DNA of 64,000 nt from Escherichia coli (GTDB taxonomy: Bacteria > Pseudomonadota > Gammaproteobacteria > Enterobacterales > Enterobacteriaceae), in assembly GCF_030013595.1 (NCBI RefSeq), contig NZ_CP122768.1, one strand, 5' to 3'. Made by a program: the position numbers and the translations under genes. Of this stretch, positions 48,445 through 60,005 are shown piece after piece; position 1 is the stretch's first letter, and each line of letters opens with the position of its first letter. The notes beneath the pieces were generated by a model. It saw nothing but the letters and a program-made list of their open reading frames with translations, did not search any database and was not told where the DNA came from.

Positions 48445-50724
48445 ATGGATGACCAGTTAAAACAAAGTGCACTTGATTTCCATGAATTTCCAGTTCCAGG
48501 GAAAATCCAGGTTTCTCCAACCAAGCCTCTGGCAACGCAGCGCGATCTGGCGCTGGCCTACTCACCAGGCGTTGCCGCACCTTGTCTTGAAATCGAAAAA
48601 GACCCGTTAAAAGCCTACAAATATACCGCGCGCGGTAACCTGGTGGCGGTGATCTCTAACGGTACGGCGGTGCTGGGGTTAGGCAACATTGGCGCGCTGG
48701 CAGGCAAACCGGTGATGGAAGGCAAGGGCGTTCTGTTTAAGAAATTCGCCGGGATTGATGTATTTGACATTGAAGTTGATGAACTCGACCCGGACAAATT
48801 TATTGAAGTCGTCGCCGCGCTCGAACCGACCTTCGGCGGCATCAACCTCGAAGACATTAAAGCGCCAGAATGTTTCTATATTGAACAGAAACTGCGCGAG
48901 CGAATGAATATTCCGGTATTCCACGACGATCAGCACGGCACGGCAATCATCAGCACTGCCGCCATCCTCAACGGTTTGCGCGTGGTGGAGAAAAACATCT
49001 CTGACGTGCGGATGGTGGTTTCCGGCGCGGGTGCCGCAGCAATCGCCTGTATGAACCTGCTGGTAGCGCTGGGTCTGCAAAAACATAACATCGTGGTTTG
49101 CGATTCAAAAGGCGTTATCTATCAGGGCCGTGAGCCAAACATGGCGGAAACCAAAGCCGCATATGCGGTGGTGGATGACGGCAAACGTACCCTCGATGAT
49201 GTGATTGAAGGCGCGGATATTTTCCTGGGATGTTCCGGCCCGAAAGTGCTGACCCAGGAAATGGTGAAGAAAATGGCCCGTGCGCCAATGATCCTGGCGC
49301 TGGCGAACCCGGAACCGGAAATTCTGCCGCCGCTGGCGAAAGAAGTGCGTCCGGATGCCATCATCTGTACCGGCCGTTCCGACTACCCGAACCAGGTGAA
49401 CAACGTTCTTTGCTTCCCGTTCATCTTCCGTGGCGCGCTGGACGTTGGCGCAACCGCCATCAACGAAGAGATGAAACTGGCGGCGGTACGCGCGATTGCA
49501 GAACTGGCCCATGCGGAACAGAGTGAAGTGGTGGCTTCAGCTTATGGCGATCAGGATCTGAGCTTTGGTCCGGAATACATCATTCCAAAACCGTTTGATC
49601 CGCGCTTGATCGTTAAGATCGCTCCTGCGGTCGCTAAAGCAGCGATGGAGTCCGGCGTGGCGACGCGTCCGATTGCTGATTTCGACGTCTACATCGACAA
49701 GCTGACGGAGTTCGTTTACAAAACCAACCTGTTTATGAAGCCGATTTTTTCCCAGGCTCGCAAAGCGCCGAAGCGCGTCGTTCTGCCGGAAGGTGAAGAG
49801 GCGCGCGTTCTGCATGCCACTCAGGAACTGGTAACGCTGGGGCTGGCGAAACCGATCCTTATCGGGCGTCCGAATGTGATCGAAATGCGCATTCAGAAAC
49901 TGGGCTTGCAGATCAAAGCGGGCGTTGATTTTGAGATCGTCAATAACGAATCCGATCCGCGCTTTAAAGAGTACTGGACCGAATACTTCCAGATCATGAA
50001 GCGTCGCGGTGTCACTCAGGAACAGGCGCAGCGTGCATTGATCAGTAACCCGACAGTGATCGGCGCAATCATGGTTCAGCGTGGCGAAGCCGATGCAATG
50101 ATCTGCGGTACGGTGGGCGATTATCATGAACATTTTAGCGTGGTGAAAAATGTCTTTGGTTATCGCGATGGCGTTCACACCGCAGGTGCCATGAACGCGC
50201 TGCTGCTGCCGAGTGGTAACACCTTTATTGCCGATACATACGTTAATGACGAACCAGACGCAGAAGAGCTGGCGGAGATCACCTTGATGGCGGCAGAAAC
50301 TGTCCGTCGTTTCGGTATTGAACCGCGCGTTGCTCTATTGTCGCACTCCAACTTTGGTTCTTCTGACTGCCCGTCTTCGAGCAAAATGCGTCAGGCGCTG
50401 GAACTGGTCAGGGAACGTGCACCAGAACTGATGATTGATGGTGAAATGCACGGCGATGCAGCGCTGGTGGAAGCGATTCGCAGCGACCGTATGCCGGACA
50501 GCCCTTTGAAAGGTTCCGCTAATATTCTGGTGATGCCGAACATGGAAGCTGCCCGCATTAGTTACAACTTATTGCGCGTTTCCAGCTCGGAAGGTGTGAC
50601 TGTCGGCCCGGTGCTGATGGGGGTGGCGAAACCGGTTCACGTGTTAACGCCGATCGCATCGGTACGTCGTATCGTCAACATGGTGGCGCTGGCTGTGGTT
50701 GAAGCGCAAACCCAACCGCTGTAA
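48445..50724 (+). CDS. maeB: NADP-dependent malic enzyme (malic enzyme domain fused to PTA-like domain)
   Basis: ORF track 759 aa [23 protein letters not shown]... Confidence 0.94.
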   Translation: MDDQLKQSALDFHEFPVPGKIQVSPTKPLATQRDLALAYSPGVAAPCLEIEKDPLKAYKYTARGNLVAVISNGTAVLGLGNIGALAGKPVMEGKGVLFKKFAGIDVFDIEVDELDPDKFIEVVAALEPTFGGINLEDIKAPECFYIEQKLRERMNIPVFHDDQHGTAIISTAAILNGLRVVEKNISDVRMVVSGAGAAAIACMNLLVALGLQKHNIVVCDSKGVIYQGREPNMAETKAAYAVVDDGKRTLDDVIEGADIFLGCSGPKVLTQEMVKKMARAPMILALANPEPEILPPLAKEVRPDAIICTGRSDYPNQVNNVLCFPFIFRGALDVGATAINEEMKLAAVRAIAELAHAEQSEVVASAYGDQDLSFGPEYIIPKPFDPRLIVKIAPAVAKAAMESGVATRPIADFDVYIDKLTEFVYKTNLFMKPIFSQARKAPKRVVLPEGEEARVLHATQELVTLGLAKPILIGRPNVIEMRIQKLGLQIKAGVDFEIVNNESDPRFKEYWTEYFQIMKRRGVTQEQAQRALISNPTVIGAIMVQRGEADAMICGTVGDYHEHFSVVKNVFGYRDGVHTAGAMNALLLPSGNTFIADTYVNDEPDAEELAEITLMAAETVRRFGIEPRVALLSHSNFGSSDCPSSSKMRQALELVRERAPELMIDGEMHGDAALVEAIRSDRMPDSPLKGSANILVMPNMEAARISYNLLRVSSSEGVTVGPVLMGVAKPVHVLTPIASVRRIVNMVALAVVEAQTQPL

Positions 50725-50741
50725 TTCATTCTTAACTCTCA

Positions 50742-50775
50742 CGCTTACCCTGAATATTCAGGGTAAGCGGTTTTC
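50742..50775 (+). terminator. rho-independent terminator downstream of maeB
   Basis: Hairpin cgcttaccctgaa-tatt-cagggtaagcg followed by gttttcc. Confidence 0.7.
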
Positions 50776-50779
50776 CTGA

Positions 50780-51016
50780 AATATATTAGTAAAGCTTATT
50801 ACTGAGTTTACGAATAATAAAAAAAGCAGTATATGAAATATCTCGATATTATTTTATTTATATTCATGCGTCGCATATGAAAGTTTATTCATAACAGTAA
50901 ATATCTCTCCATTCTTAGTGATCTACCTCACCTTTTAAACGCGCTTGCCGAATTTTGTTATTTACTCTGACGAAAAATTGTCACGATACACGAAAGTTTT
51001 TCACAGGCGGCGACTC
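50780..51016 (+). promoter_or_regulatory. AT-rich upstream region of the eut operon (expected main eut promoter)
   Basis: AT-rich 240 bp directly upstream of eutS; no specific boxes called. Confidence 0.35.
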
Positions 51017-51352
51017 ATGGATAAAGAACGCATCATTCAGGAATTTGTGCCCGGTAAACAGGTCACACTGGCGCATCTCATCGCGCATCCCGGCGAGGAA
51101 CTGGCGAAGAAAATCGGCGTTCCTGATGCGGGCGCAATCGGCATTATGACGCTAACTCCCGGCGAAACGGCGATGATCGCCGGTGATTTAGCACTAAAAG
51201 CCGCCGATGTGCATATCGGTTTTCTCGACCGTTTTAGCGGCGCGTTGGTGATTTATGGCTCGGTGGGTGCAGTAGAAGAAGCGTTATCACAAACCGTCAG
51301 CGGTTTAGGGCGTTTATTAAATTATACGCTTTGTGAAATGACCAAAAGTTAA
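51017..51352 (+). CDS. eutS: ethanolamine-utilization microcompartment shell protein EutS
   Basis: ORF track 50945..51352; start trimmed to [15 protein letters not shown] (111 aa). Confidence 0.9.
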
Positions 51353-51364
51353 TACGAGGCATTC

Positions 51365-51844
51365 ATGAAACGAATTGCGTTTGTGGGTACCGTCGGGGCA
51401 GGAAAAACAACGTTATTTAATGCGTTGCAGGGAGATTATACCCTCGCCAGAAAAACGCAGGCCGTAGAATTTAATGATAAGGGTGATATTGATACGCCGG
51501 GTGAATATTTTAGCCATCCCCGCTGGTATCACGCCTTAATTACCACGCTACAGGATGTGGACATGCTGATCTATGTCCACGGCGCGAATGACCCGGAAAG
51601 TCGGTTGCCTGCCGGGTTGCTGGATATTGGCGTCAGCAAACGGCAAATCGCCGTCATCAGTAAAACGGACATGCCAGATGCTGACGTCGCCGCAACGCGA
51701 AAGTTATTGCTTGAGACGGGCTTCGAAGAGCCGATTTTCGAGCTAAACAGCTACGACCCGCAAAGCGTGCAGCAACTGGTGGATTATCTGGCATCTCTCA
51801 CCAAACAGGAGGAAGCAGGTGAAAAAACTCATCACAGCGAATGA
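51365..51844 (+). CDS. eutP: EutP (P-loop GTPase-like, acetate kinase activity)
   Basis: ORF track 159 aa; Walker A GTVGAGKTT. Confidence 0.92.
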   Translation: MKRIAFVGTVGAGKTTLFNALQGDYTLARKTQAVEFNDKGDIDTPGEYFSHPRWYHALITTLQDVDMLIYVHGANDPESRLPAGLLDIGVSKRQIAVISKTDMPDADVAATRKLLLETGFEEPIFELNSYDPQSVQQLVDYLASLTKQEEAGEKTHHSE

Positions 51845-52520
51845 TATTCGTGAAGCACACGCGCGCGGCGAACAGGCAATGTCCGTGGTTCTGCGCGCCA
51901 GCATTATTACCCCGGAAGCCCGTGAAGTGGCAGATCTACTGGGTTTTACCATCACTGAATGTGATGAATCGACCCCGGTAACGGCGTCCGTTCCCGCCTG
52001 CGTGCCAGCCGATAAAACCGAAAGCCAGCGTATCCGCGAAACCATCATCGCCCAGCTACCGGAAGGCCAGTTTACCGAAAGCCTGGTCGCGCAGCTGATG
52101 GAAAAAGTGATGAAGGAAAAACAGTCACTGGAGCAGGGTGCAATGCAGCCGAGTTTCAAATCGGTTACCGGCAAAGGCGGCATCAAAGTGATTGATGGCA
52201 GCAGCGTCAAGTTTGGTCGTTTTGACGGCGCACAGCCACACTGCGTCGGATTAACGGATCTGGTCACCGGAGACGACGGCAGCAGCATGGCCGCTGGTTT
52301 TATGCAGTGGGAGAACGCCTTCTTCCCGTGGACCCTGAACTATGACGAAATCGACATGGTACTGGAAGGGGAACTGCACGTTCGCCACGAAGGCGAAACC
52401 ATGATCGCCAAAGCAGGCGACGTGATGTTTATCCCGAAAGGCTCCAGCATCGAATTTGGTACGACATCCAGCGTGAAATTCCTGTATGTCGCCTGGCCGG
52501 CTAACTGGCAATCCCTATGA
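51819..52520 (+). CDS. eutQ: EutQ (cupin-fold acetate kinase)
   Basis: ORF track 233 aa; overlaps eutP 3' end. Confidence 0.92.
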   Translation: MKKLITANDIREAHARGEQAMSVVLRASIITPEAREVADLLGFTITECDESTPVTASVPACVPADKTESQRIRETIIAQLPEGQFTESLVAQLMEKVMKEKQSLEQGAMQPSFKSVTGKGGIKVIDGSSVKFGRFDGAQPHCVGLTDLVTGDDGSSMAAGFMQWENAFFPWTLNYDEIDMVLEGELHVRHEGETMIAKAGDVMFIPKGSSIEFGTTSSVKFLYVAWPANWQSL

Positions 52521-53320
52521 AAGATTTCATCACCGAAGCATGGCTAAGAGCGAACCATACGCTCAGCGAAGGCGCAGAGATCCATCTCCCTGCGGACAGT
52601 CGCCTGACGCCCTCTGCCCGGGAGCTACTGGAAAGCCGCCATCTGCGCATCAAGTTTATTGACGAGCAGGGCCGCCTGTTTGTTGACGATGAACAGCAGC
52701 AGCCGCAGCCCGTTCACGGGCTGACCAGTAGCGATGAACATCCGCAGGCGTGCTGCGAACTGTGCCGCCAGCCGGTGGCAAAAAAGCCGGACACTCTGAC
52801 TCACCTGTCGGCGGAAAAAATGGTCGCCAAAAGCGATCCGCGCCTCGGTTTTCGCGCGGTTCTCGACAGCACCATTGCGCTGGCAGTGTGGCTGCAAATT
52901 GAACTGGCAGAACCGTGGCAGCCGTGGCTGGCGGACATCCGCTCGCGTCTTGGCAATATTATGCGTGCCGATGCGCTGGGGGAACCGCTGGCCTGCCAGG
53001 CGATTGTCGGGCTTTCTGACGAAGATCTGCATCGGCTTTCTCACCAGCCGCTGCGCTATCTTGGTCACGATCATCTGGTGCCGGAAGCCAGCCACGGGCG
53101 CGATGCGGCGTTACTCAATCTGCTACGCACCAAAGTGCGGGAAACCGAAACCGTAGCGGCGCAGGTATTTATCACCCGCAGCTTTGAAGTATTACGCCCG
53201 GACATCTTGCAGGCGCTGAACCGCCTTTCCAGCACGGTCTACGTGATGATGATCCTGAGCGTAGCGAAACAACCGCTAACGGTGAAGCAGATCCAACAAC
53301 GACTGGGGGAAACGCAATGA
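52517..53320 (+). CDS. eutT: EutT corrinoid adenosyltransferase
   Basis: ORF track 267 aa; 4-bp overlaps with eutQ and eutD. Confidence 0.92.
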   Translation: MKDFITEAWLRANHTLSEGAEIHLPADSRLTPSARELLESRHLRIKFIDEQGRLFVDDEQQQPQPVHGLTSSDEHPQACCELCRQPVAKKPDTLTHLSAEKMVAKSDPRLGFRAVLDSTIALAVWLQIELAEPWQPWLADIRSRLGNIMRADALGEPLACQAIVGLSDEDLHRLSHQPLRYLGHDHLVPEASHGRDAALLNLLRTKVRETETVAAQVFITRSFEVLRPDILQALNRLSSTVYVMMILSVAKQPLTVKQIQQRLGETQ

Positions 53321-54333
53321 TTATTGAACGTTGTCGTGAACTGGCGTTGCGAGCGCCCGCCAGAGTGGTTTTTCCGGATGCGTTAGATCAACGTGTGCTG
53401 AAAGCCGCGCAATATTTACATCAACAAGGTCTGGCAACGCCCATTCTGGTCGCCAGCCCGTTTGAACTTCGTCAGTTTGCGCTCAGTCATGGCGTGGCGA
53501 TGGACGGGGTTCAGGTTATTGATCCACAGAGCAATCTTGCTATGCGGGAAGCGTTTGCGCAGCGTTGGTTGGCCCGTGCGGGCGAAAAAACGCCGCCGGA
53601 TGCGCTGGAAAAACTCACCGATCCGCTGATGTTCGCTGCCGCAATGGTCAGCGCCGGGATAGCGGATGTCTGTATCGCGGGCAATCTCTCTTCCACGGCG
53701 AATGTGCTGCGTGCCGGATTACGCATTATTGGCTTACAGCCAGGCTGTAAAACGCTCTCCTCCATTTTCCTGATGCTGCCACAGTACAGTGGCCCCGCAT
53801 TGGGCTTTGCCGATTGCAGCGTAGTGCCACAGCCGACGGCGGCGCAACTGGCGGATATCGCGCTTGCCAGCGCCGAAACCTGGCGCGCCATCACCGGAGA
53901 AGAACCGCGCGTGGCGATGTTGTCGTTTTCCAGTAACGGCAGCGCCCGTCACCCCTGCGTTGCCAACGTCCAGCAGGCGACAGAAATCGTCCGTGAGCGC
54001 GCGCCGCAGTTGGTAGTCGATGGCGAGTTGCAGTTTGACGCCGCCTTCGTGCCGGAAGTGGCGGCGCAAAAAGCGCCTGCCAGCCCGCTACAAGGCAAGG
54101 CCAATGTGATGGTTTTTCCGTCGCTGGAAGCCGGAAATATTGGCTACAAAATCGCACAACGACTCGGCGGATATCGTGCCGTCGGGCCATTGATACAAGG
54201 GCTTGCCGCGCCGATGCACGATCTCTCTCGTGGTTGTAGCGTGCAGGAAATTATCGAGCTGGCGCTGGTGGCAGCTGTGCCGCGTCAGACAGAAGTGAAC
54301 CGCGAAAGCAGTTTACAAACACTGGTTGAATGA
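53317..54333 (+). CDS. eutD: EutD phosphotransacetylase
   Basis: ORF track 338 aa; PTA family. Confidence 0.92.
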   Translation: MIIERCRELALRAPARVVFPDALDQRVLKAAQYLHQQGLATPILVASPFELRQFALSHGVAMDGVQVIDPQSNLAMREAFAQRWLARAGEKTPPDALEKLTDPLMFAAAMVSAGIADVCIAGNLSSTANVLRAGLRIIGLQPGCKTLSSIFLMLPQYSGPALGFADCSVVPQPTAAQLADIALASAETWRAITGEEPRVAMLSFSSNGSARHPCVANVQQATEIVRERAPQLVVDGELQFDAAFVPEVAAQKAPASPLQGKANVMVFPSLEAGNIGYKIAQRLGGYRAVGPLIQGLAAPMHDLSRGCSVQEIIELALVAAVPRQTEVNRESSLQTLVE

Positions 54334-54371
54334 ACGGTCCCGTTCTGGACCCTGATAAAGAGGAAAGCACA

Positions 54372-54665
54372 ATGGAAGCATTAGGAATGATCGAAACCCG
54401 GGGCCTGGTTGCACTGATTGAGGCTTCTGACGCGATGGTGAAAGCTGCGCGCGTCAAGCTGGTTGGTGTTAAGCAGATTGGCGGCGGCCTGTGTACTGCC
54501 ATGGTTCGTGGTGATGTTGCAGCCTGTAAAGCCGCGACCGACGCAGGTGCTGCAGCGGCACAGCGTATCGGCGAGCTGGTATCTGTACACGTTATCCCGC
54601 GTCCGCACGGCGACCTGGAAGAAGTCTTCCCGATCGGCCTGAAAGGCGATAGCAGCAACCTGTAA
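54372..54665 (+). CDS. eutM: microcompartment shell protein EutM (BMC-H)
   Basis: ORF track 54330..54665; start trimmed to [26 protein letters not shown] (97 aa). Confidence 0.92.
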   Translation: MEALGMIETRGLVALIEASDAMVKAARVKLVGVKQIGGGLCTAMVRGDVAACKAATDAGAAAAQRIGELVSVHVIPRPHGDLEEVFPIGLKGDSSNL

Positions 54666-54771
54666 TCACCCTGTGTGACGTCGATTCGGGCGTCACGCTC
54701 TCTCCTTTTTCAGTTTACCTTCCGCGGAGGGTAGGGGGAGCTTTTACCTGAAATACGCCACGGAGGCGGGT

Positions 54772-55059
54772 ATGAAACTGGCAGTCGTCACTGGACAAAT
54801 TGTTTGTACCGTACGCCATCACGGACTGGCGCATGACAAATTGCTGATGGTGGAAATGATTGATCCACAAGGTAATCCTGACGGGCAATGCGCCGTCGCC
54901 ATCGACAATATTGGCGCGGGAACCGGGGAGTGGGTGTTACTGGTGAGTGGCAGTTCCGCCCGCCAGGCGCATAAAAGCGAAACGTCACCGGTCGATCTGT
55001 GCGTGATTGGCATCGTCGATGAGGTGGTGTCTGGCGGTCAGGTAATTTTCCACAAATAA
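54772..55059 (+). CDS. eutN: microcompartment vertex protein EutN (BMC-P)
   Basis: ORF track 95 aa MKLAVVTGQIVCTVRHHGL... Confidence 0.92.
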   Translation: MKLAVVTGQIVCTVRHHGLAHDKLLMVEMIDPQGNPDGQCAVAIDNIGAGTGEWVLLVSGSSARQAHKSETSPVDLCVIGIVDEVVSGGQVIFHK

Positions 55060-55070
55060 GGCAGAACATC

Positions 55071-56474
55071 ATGAATCAACAGGATATTGAACAGGTGGTG
55101 AAAGCGGTACTGCTGAAAATGCAAAGCAGTGACACGCCGCCCGCCGCCCTTCATGAGATGGGTGTTTTCGCGTCCCTGGATGACGCCGTTGCGGCAGCCA
55201 AAGTCGCCCAGCAAGGGTTAAAAAGCGTGGCAATGCGCCAGTTAGCCATTGCTGCCATTCGTGAGGCAGGCGAAAAACACGCCAGAGATTTAGCGGAACT
55301 TGCCGTCAGTGAAACCGGCATGGGGCGCGTCGAAGATAAATTTGCCAAAAACGTCGCTCAGGCGCGCGGCACACCAGGCGTTGAGTGCCTCTCTCCGCAA
55401 GTGCTGACGGGCGACAACGGCCTGACTTTAATTGAAAACGCGCCCTGGGGCGTGGTGGCTTCGGTGACGCCTTCCACTAACCCGGCGGCAACCGTAATTA
55501 ACAACGCCATCAGCCTGATTGCCGCGGGCAACAGCGTCATTTTTGCCCCGCATCCGGCGGCGAAAAAAGTCTCCCAGCGGGCGATTACGCTGCTCAACCA
55601 GGCGATTGTTGCCGCAGGCGGGCCGGAAAACTTACTGGTTACTGTGGTCAATCCGGATATCGAAACCGCGCAACGTTTGTTCAAGTTTCCGGGTATCGGC
55701 CTTTTGGTGGTGACCGGCGGCGAAGCGGTAGTGGAAGCGGCGCGTAAACACACCAATAAACGTCTGATTGCCGCGGGCGCTGGCAACCCACCGGTAGTGG
55801 TGGATGAAACCGCCGACCTCGCCCGTGCCGCTCAGTCCATCGTCAAAGGCGCTTCTTTCGATAACAACATCATTTGTGCCGACGAAAAGGTACTGATTGT
55901 TGTTGATAGCGTAGCCGATGAACTGATGCGTCTGATGGAAGGCCAGCACGCGGTGAAACTGACCGCAGAGCAGGCGCAGCAGCTGGAACCGGTGTTGCTG
56001 AAAAATATCGACGAGCGCGGAAAAGGCACCGTCAGCCGTGACTGGGTTGGTCGCGATGCGGCGAAAATCGCGGCGGCAATCGGCCTTAAAGTTCCGGAAC
56101 AAACGCGACTGCTGTTTGTAGAAACCACCGCAGAACATCCGTTTGCCGTGACCGAACTGATGATGCCGGTGCTGCCCGTCGTGCGTGTCGCCAACGTGGC
56201 GGATGCCATTGCGCTGGCGGTGAAACTGGAAGGCGGTTGCCACCACACGGCGGCAATGCACTCGCGCAACATCGAGAACATGAACCAGATGGCGAACGCC
56301 ATTGATACCAGCATCTTCGTTAAGAACGGACCGTGCATTGCCGGGCTGGGGCTGGGCGGGGAAGGCTGGACCACCATGACCATCACCACGCCAACCGGTG
56401 AAGGGGTAACCAGCGCGCGTACGTTTGTCCGTCTGCGTCGCTGTGTATTAGTCGATGCGTTTCGCATTGTTTAA
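55071..56474 (+). CDS. eutE: EutE acetaldehyde dehydrogenase (acetylating)
   Basis: ORF track 467 aa; ALDH fold. Confidence 0.92.
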   Translation: MNQQDIEQVVKAVLLKMQSSDTPPAALHEMGVFASLDDAVAAAKVAQQGLKSVAMRQLAIAAIREAGEKHARDLAELAVSETGMGRVEDKFAKNVAQARGTPGVECLSPQVLTGDNGLTLIENAPWGVVASVTPSTNPAATVINNAISLIAAGNSVIFAPHPAAKKVSQRAITLLNQAIVAAGGPENLLVTVVNPDIETAQRLFKFPGIGLLVVTGGEAVVEAARKHTNKRLIAAGAGNPPVVVDETADLARAAQSIVKGASFDNNIICADEKVLIVVDSVADELMRLMEGQHAVKLTAEQAQQLEPVLLKNIDERGKGTVSRDWVGRDAAKIAAAIGLKVPEQTRLLFVETTAEHPFAVTELMMPVLPVVRVANVADAIALAVKLEGGCHHTAAMHSRNIENMNQMANAIDTSIFVKNGPCIAGLGLGGEGWTTMTITTPTGEGVTSARTFVRLRRCVLVDAFRIV

Positions 56475-56484
56475 GGAGTAACAG

Positions 56485-56910
56485 ATGGCGCACGACGAAC
56501 AATGGCTCACCCCGCGTCTGCAAACGGCGGCAACGCTGTGTAACCAGACGCCTGCCGCAACGGAATCTCCGCTGTGGCTGGGGGGGGATCTGGGCACCTG
56601 CGATGTGGTGTCGATGGTTGTCGACCGCGACGGTCAGCCGGTGGCGGTATGCCTCGACTGGGCCGATGTGGTCCGCGACGGCATCGTCTGGGATTTCTTC
56701 GGTGCGGTCACCATTGTTCGTCGCCATCTCGACACCCTCGAGCAGCAATTCGGTCGCCGTTTTAGCCATGCGGCGACCTCATTTCCTCCAGGTACGGACC
56801 CGCGTATTTCCATCAACGTGCTGGAATCTGCCGGGCTGGAAGTGAGCCATGTGCTGGATGAGCCAACCGCAGTCGCGGATCTGCTGCAACTGGACAACGC
56901 AGGCGTAGTG
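56485..56910 (+). pseudogene. eutJ: eutJ 5' portion (142 codons), interrupted by IS10
   Basis: Reading frame MAHDEQWLTPRL...LQLDNAGVV runs straight into the IS10 outside end at 56911. Confidence 0.9.
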
Positions 56911-58239
56911 CTGATGAATCCCCTAATGATTTTGGTAAAAATCATTAAGTTAAGGTGGATACACATCTTGTCATATGATCAAATGGTTTCGCGAAAAATC
57001 AATAATCAGACAACAAGATGTGCGAACTCGATATTTTACACGACTCTCTTTACCAATTCTGCCCCGAATTACACTTAAAACGACTCAACAGCTTAACGTT
57101 GGCTTGCCACGCATTACTTGACTGTAAAACTCTCACTCTTACCGAACTTGGCCGTAACCTGCCAACCAAAGCGAGAACAAAACATAACATCAAACGAATC
57201 GACCGATTGTTAGGTAATCGTCACCTCCACAAAGAGCGACTCGCTGTATACCGTTGGCATGCTAGCTTTATCTGTTCGGGCAATACGATGCCCATTGTAC
57301 TTGTTGACTGGTCTGATATTCGTGAGCAAAAACGACTTATGGTATTGCGAGCTTCAGTCGCACTACACGGTCGTTCTGTTACTCTTTATGAGAAAGCGTT
57401 CCCGCTTTCAGAGCAATGTTCAAAGAAAGCTCATGACCAATTTCTAGCCGACCTTGCGAGCATTCTACCGAGTAACACCACACCGCTCATTGTCAGTGAT
57501 GCTGGCTTTAAAGTGCCATGGTATAAATCCGTTGAGAAGCTGGGTTGGTACTGGTTAAGTCGAGTAAGAGGAAAAGTACAATATGCAGACCTAGGAGCGG
57601 AAAACTGGAAACCTATCAGCAACTTACATGATATGTCATCTAGTCACTCAAAGACTTTAGGCTATAAGAGGCTGACTAAAAGCAATCCAATCTCATGCCA
57701 AATTCTATTGTATAAATCTCGCTCTAAAGGCCGAAAAAATCAGCGCTCGACACGGACTCATTGTCACCACCCGTCACCTAAAATCTACTCAGCGTCGGCA
57801 AAGGAGCCATGGGTTCTAGCAACTAACTTACCTGTTGAAATTCGAACACCCAAACAACTTGTTAATATCTATTCGAAGCGAATGCAGATTGAAGAAACCT
57901 TCCGAGACTTGAAAAGTCCTGCCTACGGACTAGGCCTACGCCATAGCCGAACGAGCAGCTCAGAGCGTTTTGATATCATGCTGCTAATCGCCCTGATGCT
58001 TCAACTAACATGTTGGCTTGCGGGCGTTCATGCTCAGAAACAAGGTTGGGACAAGCACTTCCAGGCTAACACAGTCAGAAATCGAAACGTACTCTCAACA
58101 GTTCGCTTAGGCATGGAAGTTTTGCGGCATTCTGGCTACACAATAACAAGGGAAGACTTACTCGTGGCTGCAACCCTACTAGCTCAAAATTTATTCACAC
58201 ATGGTTACGCTTTGGGGAAATTATGAGGGGATCTCTCAG
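56911..58239 (+). mobile_element. IS10 (complete, 1329 bp) inserted in eutJ, flanked by 9-bp target duplication GGCGTAGTG
   Basis: Outside end CTGATGAATCCCCTAATGATTTTGGTAAAAATCATTAAG at 56911; inside end ...GGGGATCTCTCAG at 58239; direct repeat ggcgtagtg at 56902-56910 and 58240-58248. Confidence 0.95.
57018..58226 (+). CDS. IS10 transposase (402 aa)
   Basis: ORF track MCELDILHDSLYQFCPELHLKRLNSLTLACHALLDCK..., recognised as IS10/Tn10 transposase. Confidence 0.95.
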   Translation: MCELDILHDSLYQFCPELHLKRLNSLTLACHALLDCKTLTLTELGRNLPTKARTKHNIKRIDRLLGNRHLHKERLAVYRWHASFICSGNTMPIVLVDWSDIREQKRLMVLRASVALHGRSVTLYEKAFPLSEQCSKKAHDQFLADLASILPSNTTPLIVSDAGFKVPWYKSVEKLGWYWLSRVRGKVQYADLGAENWKPISNLHDMSSSHSKTLGYKRLTKSNPISCQILLYKSRSKGRKNQRSTRTHCHHPSPKIYSASAKEPWVLATNLPVEIRTPKQLVNIYSKRMQIEETFRDLKSPAYGLGLRHSRTSSSERFDIMLLIALMLQLTCWLAGVHAQKQGWDKHFQANTVRNRNVLSTVRLGMEVLRHSGYTITREDLLVAATLLAQNLFTHGYALGKL

Positions 58240-58659
58240 GGCGTAGTGGATATCGGCGGCGGCACTACCGGCATTGCCATCGTGAAAAAGGGCAAGGTGA
58301 CGTACTCGGCGGATGAAGCCACTGGCGGACATCACATCTCTCTGACTCTCGCCGGAAATCGCCGTATTTCGCTGGAAGAGGCGGAGCAGTACAAGCGCGG
58401 TCACGGTGAAGAGATTTGGCCTGCGGTGAAACCGGTGTACGAAAAAATGGCGGACATTGTCGCCCGGCATATTGAAGGGCAGGGCATTACTGATTTATGG
58501 CTGGCGGGCGGCTCCTGTATGCAACCGGGCGTGGCGGAACTGTTTTGCAAACAATTCCCGGCGTTACAGGTGCATCTACCGCAGCACAGTTTGTTTATGA
58601 CCCCGCTGGCGATCGCCAGTAGCGGGCGAGAGAAAGCGGAGGGGATCTATGCAAAATGA
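58240..58659 (+). pseudogene. eutJ: eutJ 3' portion, continues in frame after the IS10 and its target duplication
   Basis: GVVDIGGGTTGIAIV... to stop; 426 + 420 - 9 bp = 837 bp, the expected 278-aa EutJ length. Confidence 0.9.
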
Positions 58660-59836
58660 ATTGCAGACCGCGCTCTTTCAGGCGTTCGATACCCTGAATC
58701 TGCAACGGGTAAAAACATTTAGCGTTCCACCAGTGACGCTTTGCGGTCCGGGCGCGATGAGCAGTTGCGGGCAGCAAGCGCAAACGCGTGGGCTGAAACA
58801 TCTGTTCGTGATGGCAGACAGCTTTTTGCATCAGGCGGGGATGACCGCCGGGCTGACGCGTAGCCTGGCCGTTAAAGGTATCGCCATGACGCTCTGGCCA
58901 TGTCCGGTGGGCGAACCGTGCATCACCGACGTGTGTGCAGCCGTGGCGCAGTTGCGTGAATCGGGTTGCGATGGGGTGATCGCGTTTGGCGGCGGCTCGG
59001 TGCTGGATGCAGCAAAAGCCGTGGCGTTGCTGGTGACGAACCCGGATAGCACGCTGGCAGAGATGTCAGAAACCAGCGTTCTGCAACCGCGCCTGCCGTT
59101 GATTGCCATTCCAACTACCGCCGGAACCGGTTCTGAAACCACCAACGTAACGGTGATTATCGACGCGGTGAGCGGGCGCAAGCAGGTGTTAGCCCACGCC
59201 TCGCTGATGCCGGATGTGGCGATTCTCGACGCTACGCTGACCGAAGGCGTGCCGTCGCATGTCACGGCGATGACCGGTATCGACGCGTTAACCCATGCTA
59301 TTGAAGCGTACAGCGCGCTGAACGCTACACCGTTTACCGACAGCCTGGCGATTGGCGCAATCGCGATGATTGGTAAATCACTGCCGAAAGCGGTGGGCTA
59401 CGGTCATGACCTTGCCGCGCGCGAGAGCATGTTGCTGGCTTCATGCATGGCGGGAATGGCGTTTTCCAGTGCGGGGCTTGGGTTATGCCACGCGATGGCG
59501 CATCAGCCAGGGGCGGCGCTGCATATTCCGCACGGTCTGGCGAACGCTATGTTGCTGCCAACGGTGATGGAATTTAACCGGATGGTTTGTCGTGATCGGT
59601 TTAGCTTGGTTGGTCGGGCGCTGCGAACTAAAAAATCCGACGATCGTGACGCTATTAACGCGGTAAGTGAGCTGATTGCGGAAGTCGGGATTGGTAAACG
59701 ACTGGGCGATATTGGTGCGACATCTGCGCATTACGGCGCATGGGCGCAGGCCGCGCTGGAAGATATTTGTCTGCGCAGCAACCCGCGTACCGCCAGCCTG
59801 GAGCAGATTGTCGGCCTGTACGCAGCGGCGCAATAA
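58649..59836 (+). CDS. eutG: EutG iron-dependent alcohol dehydrogenase
   Basis: ORF track 395 aa; Fe-ADH family; intact but downstream of IS10 (probably polar). Confidence 0.9.
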   Translation: MQNELQTALFQAFDTLNLQRVKTFSVPPVTLCGPGAMSSCGQQAQTRGLKHLFVMADSFLHQAGMTAGLTRSLAVKGIAMTLWPCPVGEPCITDVCAAVAQLRESGCDGVIAFGGGSVLDAAKAVALLVTNPDSTLAEMSETSVLQPRLPLIAIPTTAGTGSETTNVTVIIDAVSGRKQVLAHASLMPDVAILDATLTEGVPSHVTAMTGIDALTHAIEAYSALNATPFTDSLAIGAIAMIGKSLPKAVGYGHDLAARESMLLASCMAGMAFSSAGLGLCHAMAHQPGAALHIPHGLANAMLLPTVMEFNRMVCRDRFSLVGRALRTKKSDDRDAINAVSELIAEVGIGKRLGDIGATSAHYGAWAQAALEDICLRSNPRTASLEQIVGLYAAAQ

Positions 59837-59843
59837 AAGTGTA

Positions 59844-59957
59844 CGGACAGTCCCCTCGCCCCTTTGGGGAGAGGGTTAGGGTGAGGGGAACAGAGTCGCG
59901 CCGGTGCAAACAATTACCCTCACCCCGGCCCCTCGGCTTCCAGAGTGAGGGAAAAAC
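59844..59957. repeat. pair of inverted Box C-like GC-rich repeats between eutG and eutH
   Basis: cccctcgcccctttggggagagggttagggtgaggggaa and inverted partner ttaccctcaccccggcccctcggcttccagagtgaggg; related to 45098-45162. Confidence 0.55.
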
Positions 59958-60005
59958 CCACTTTCAGCATTGGCAATAAATAACAACTAACAGGGAGTAA
60001 AGGCG

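Noticed and set aside
58201-58659. ORF-track 152-aa protein starting MVTLWGNYEGISQ
   Set aside because: The first 13 codons are read from the IS10 inside end; the rest is the C-terminal part of eutJ. It is a junction artefact, not a gene.
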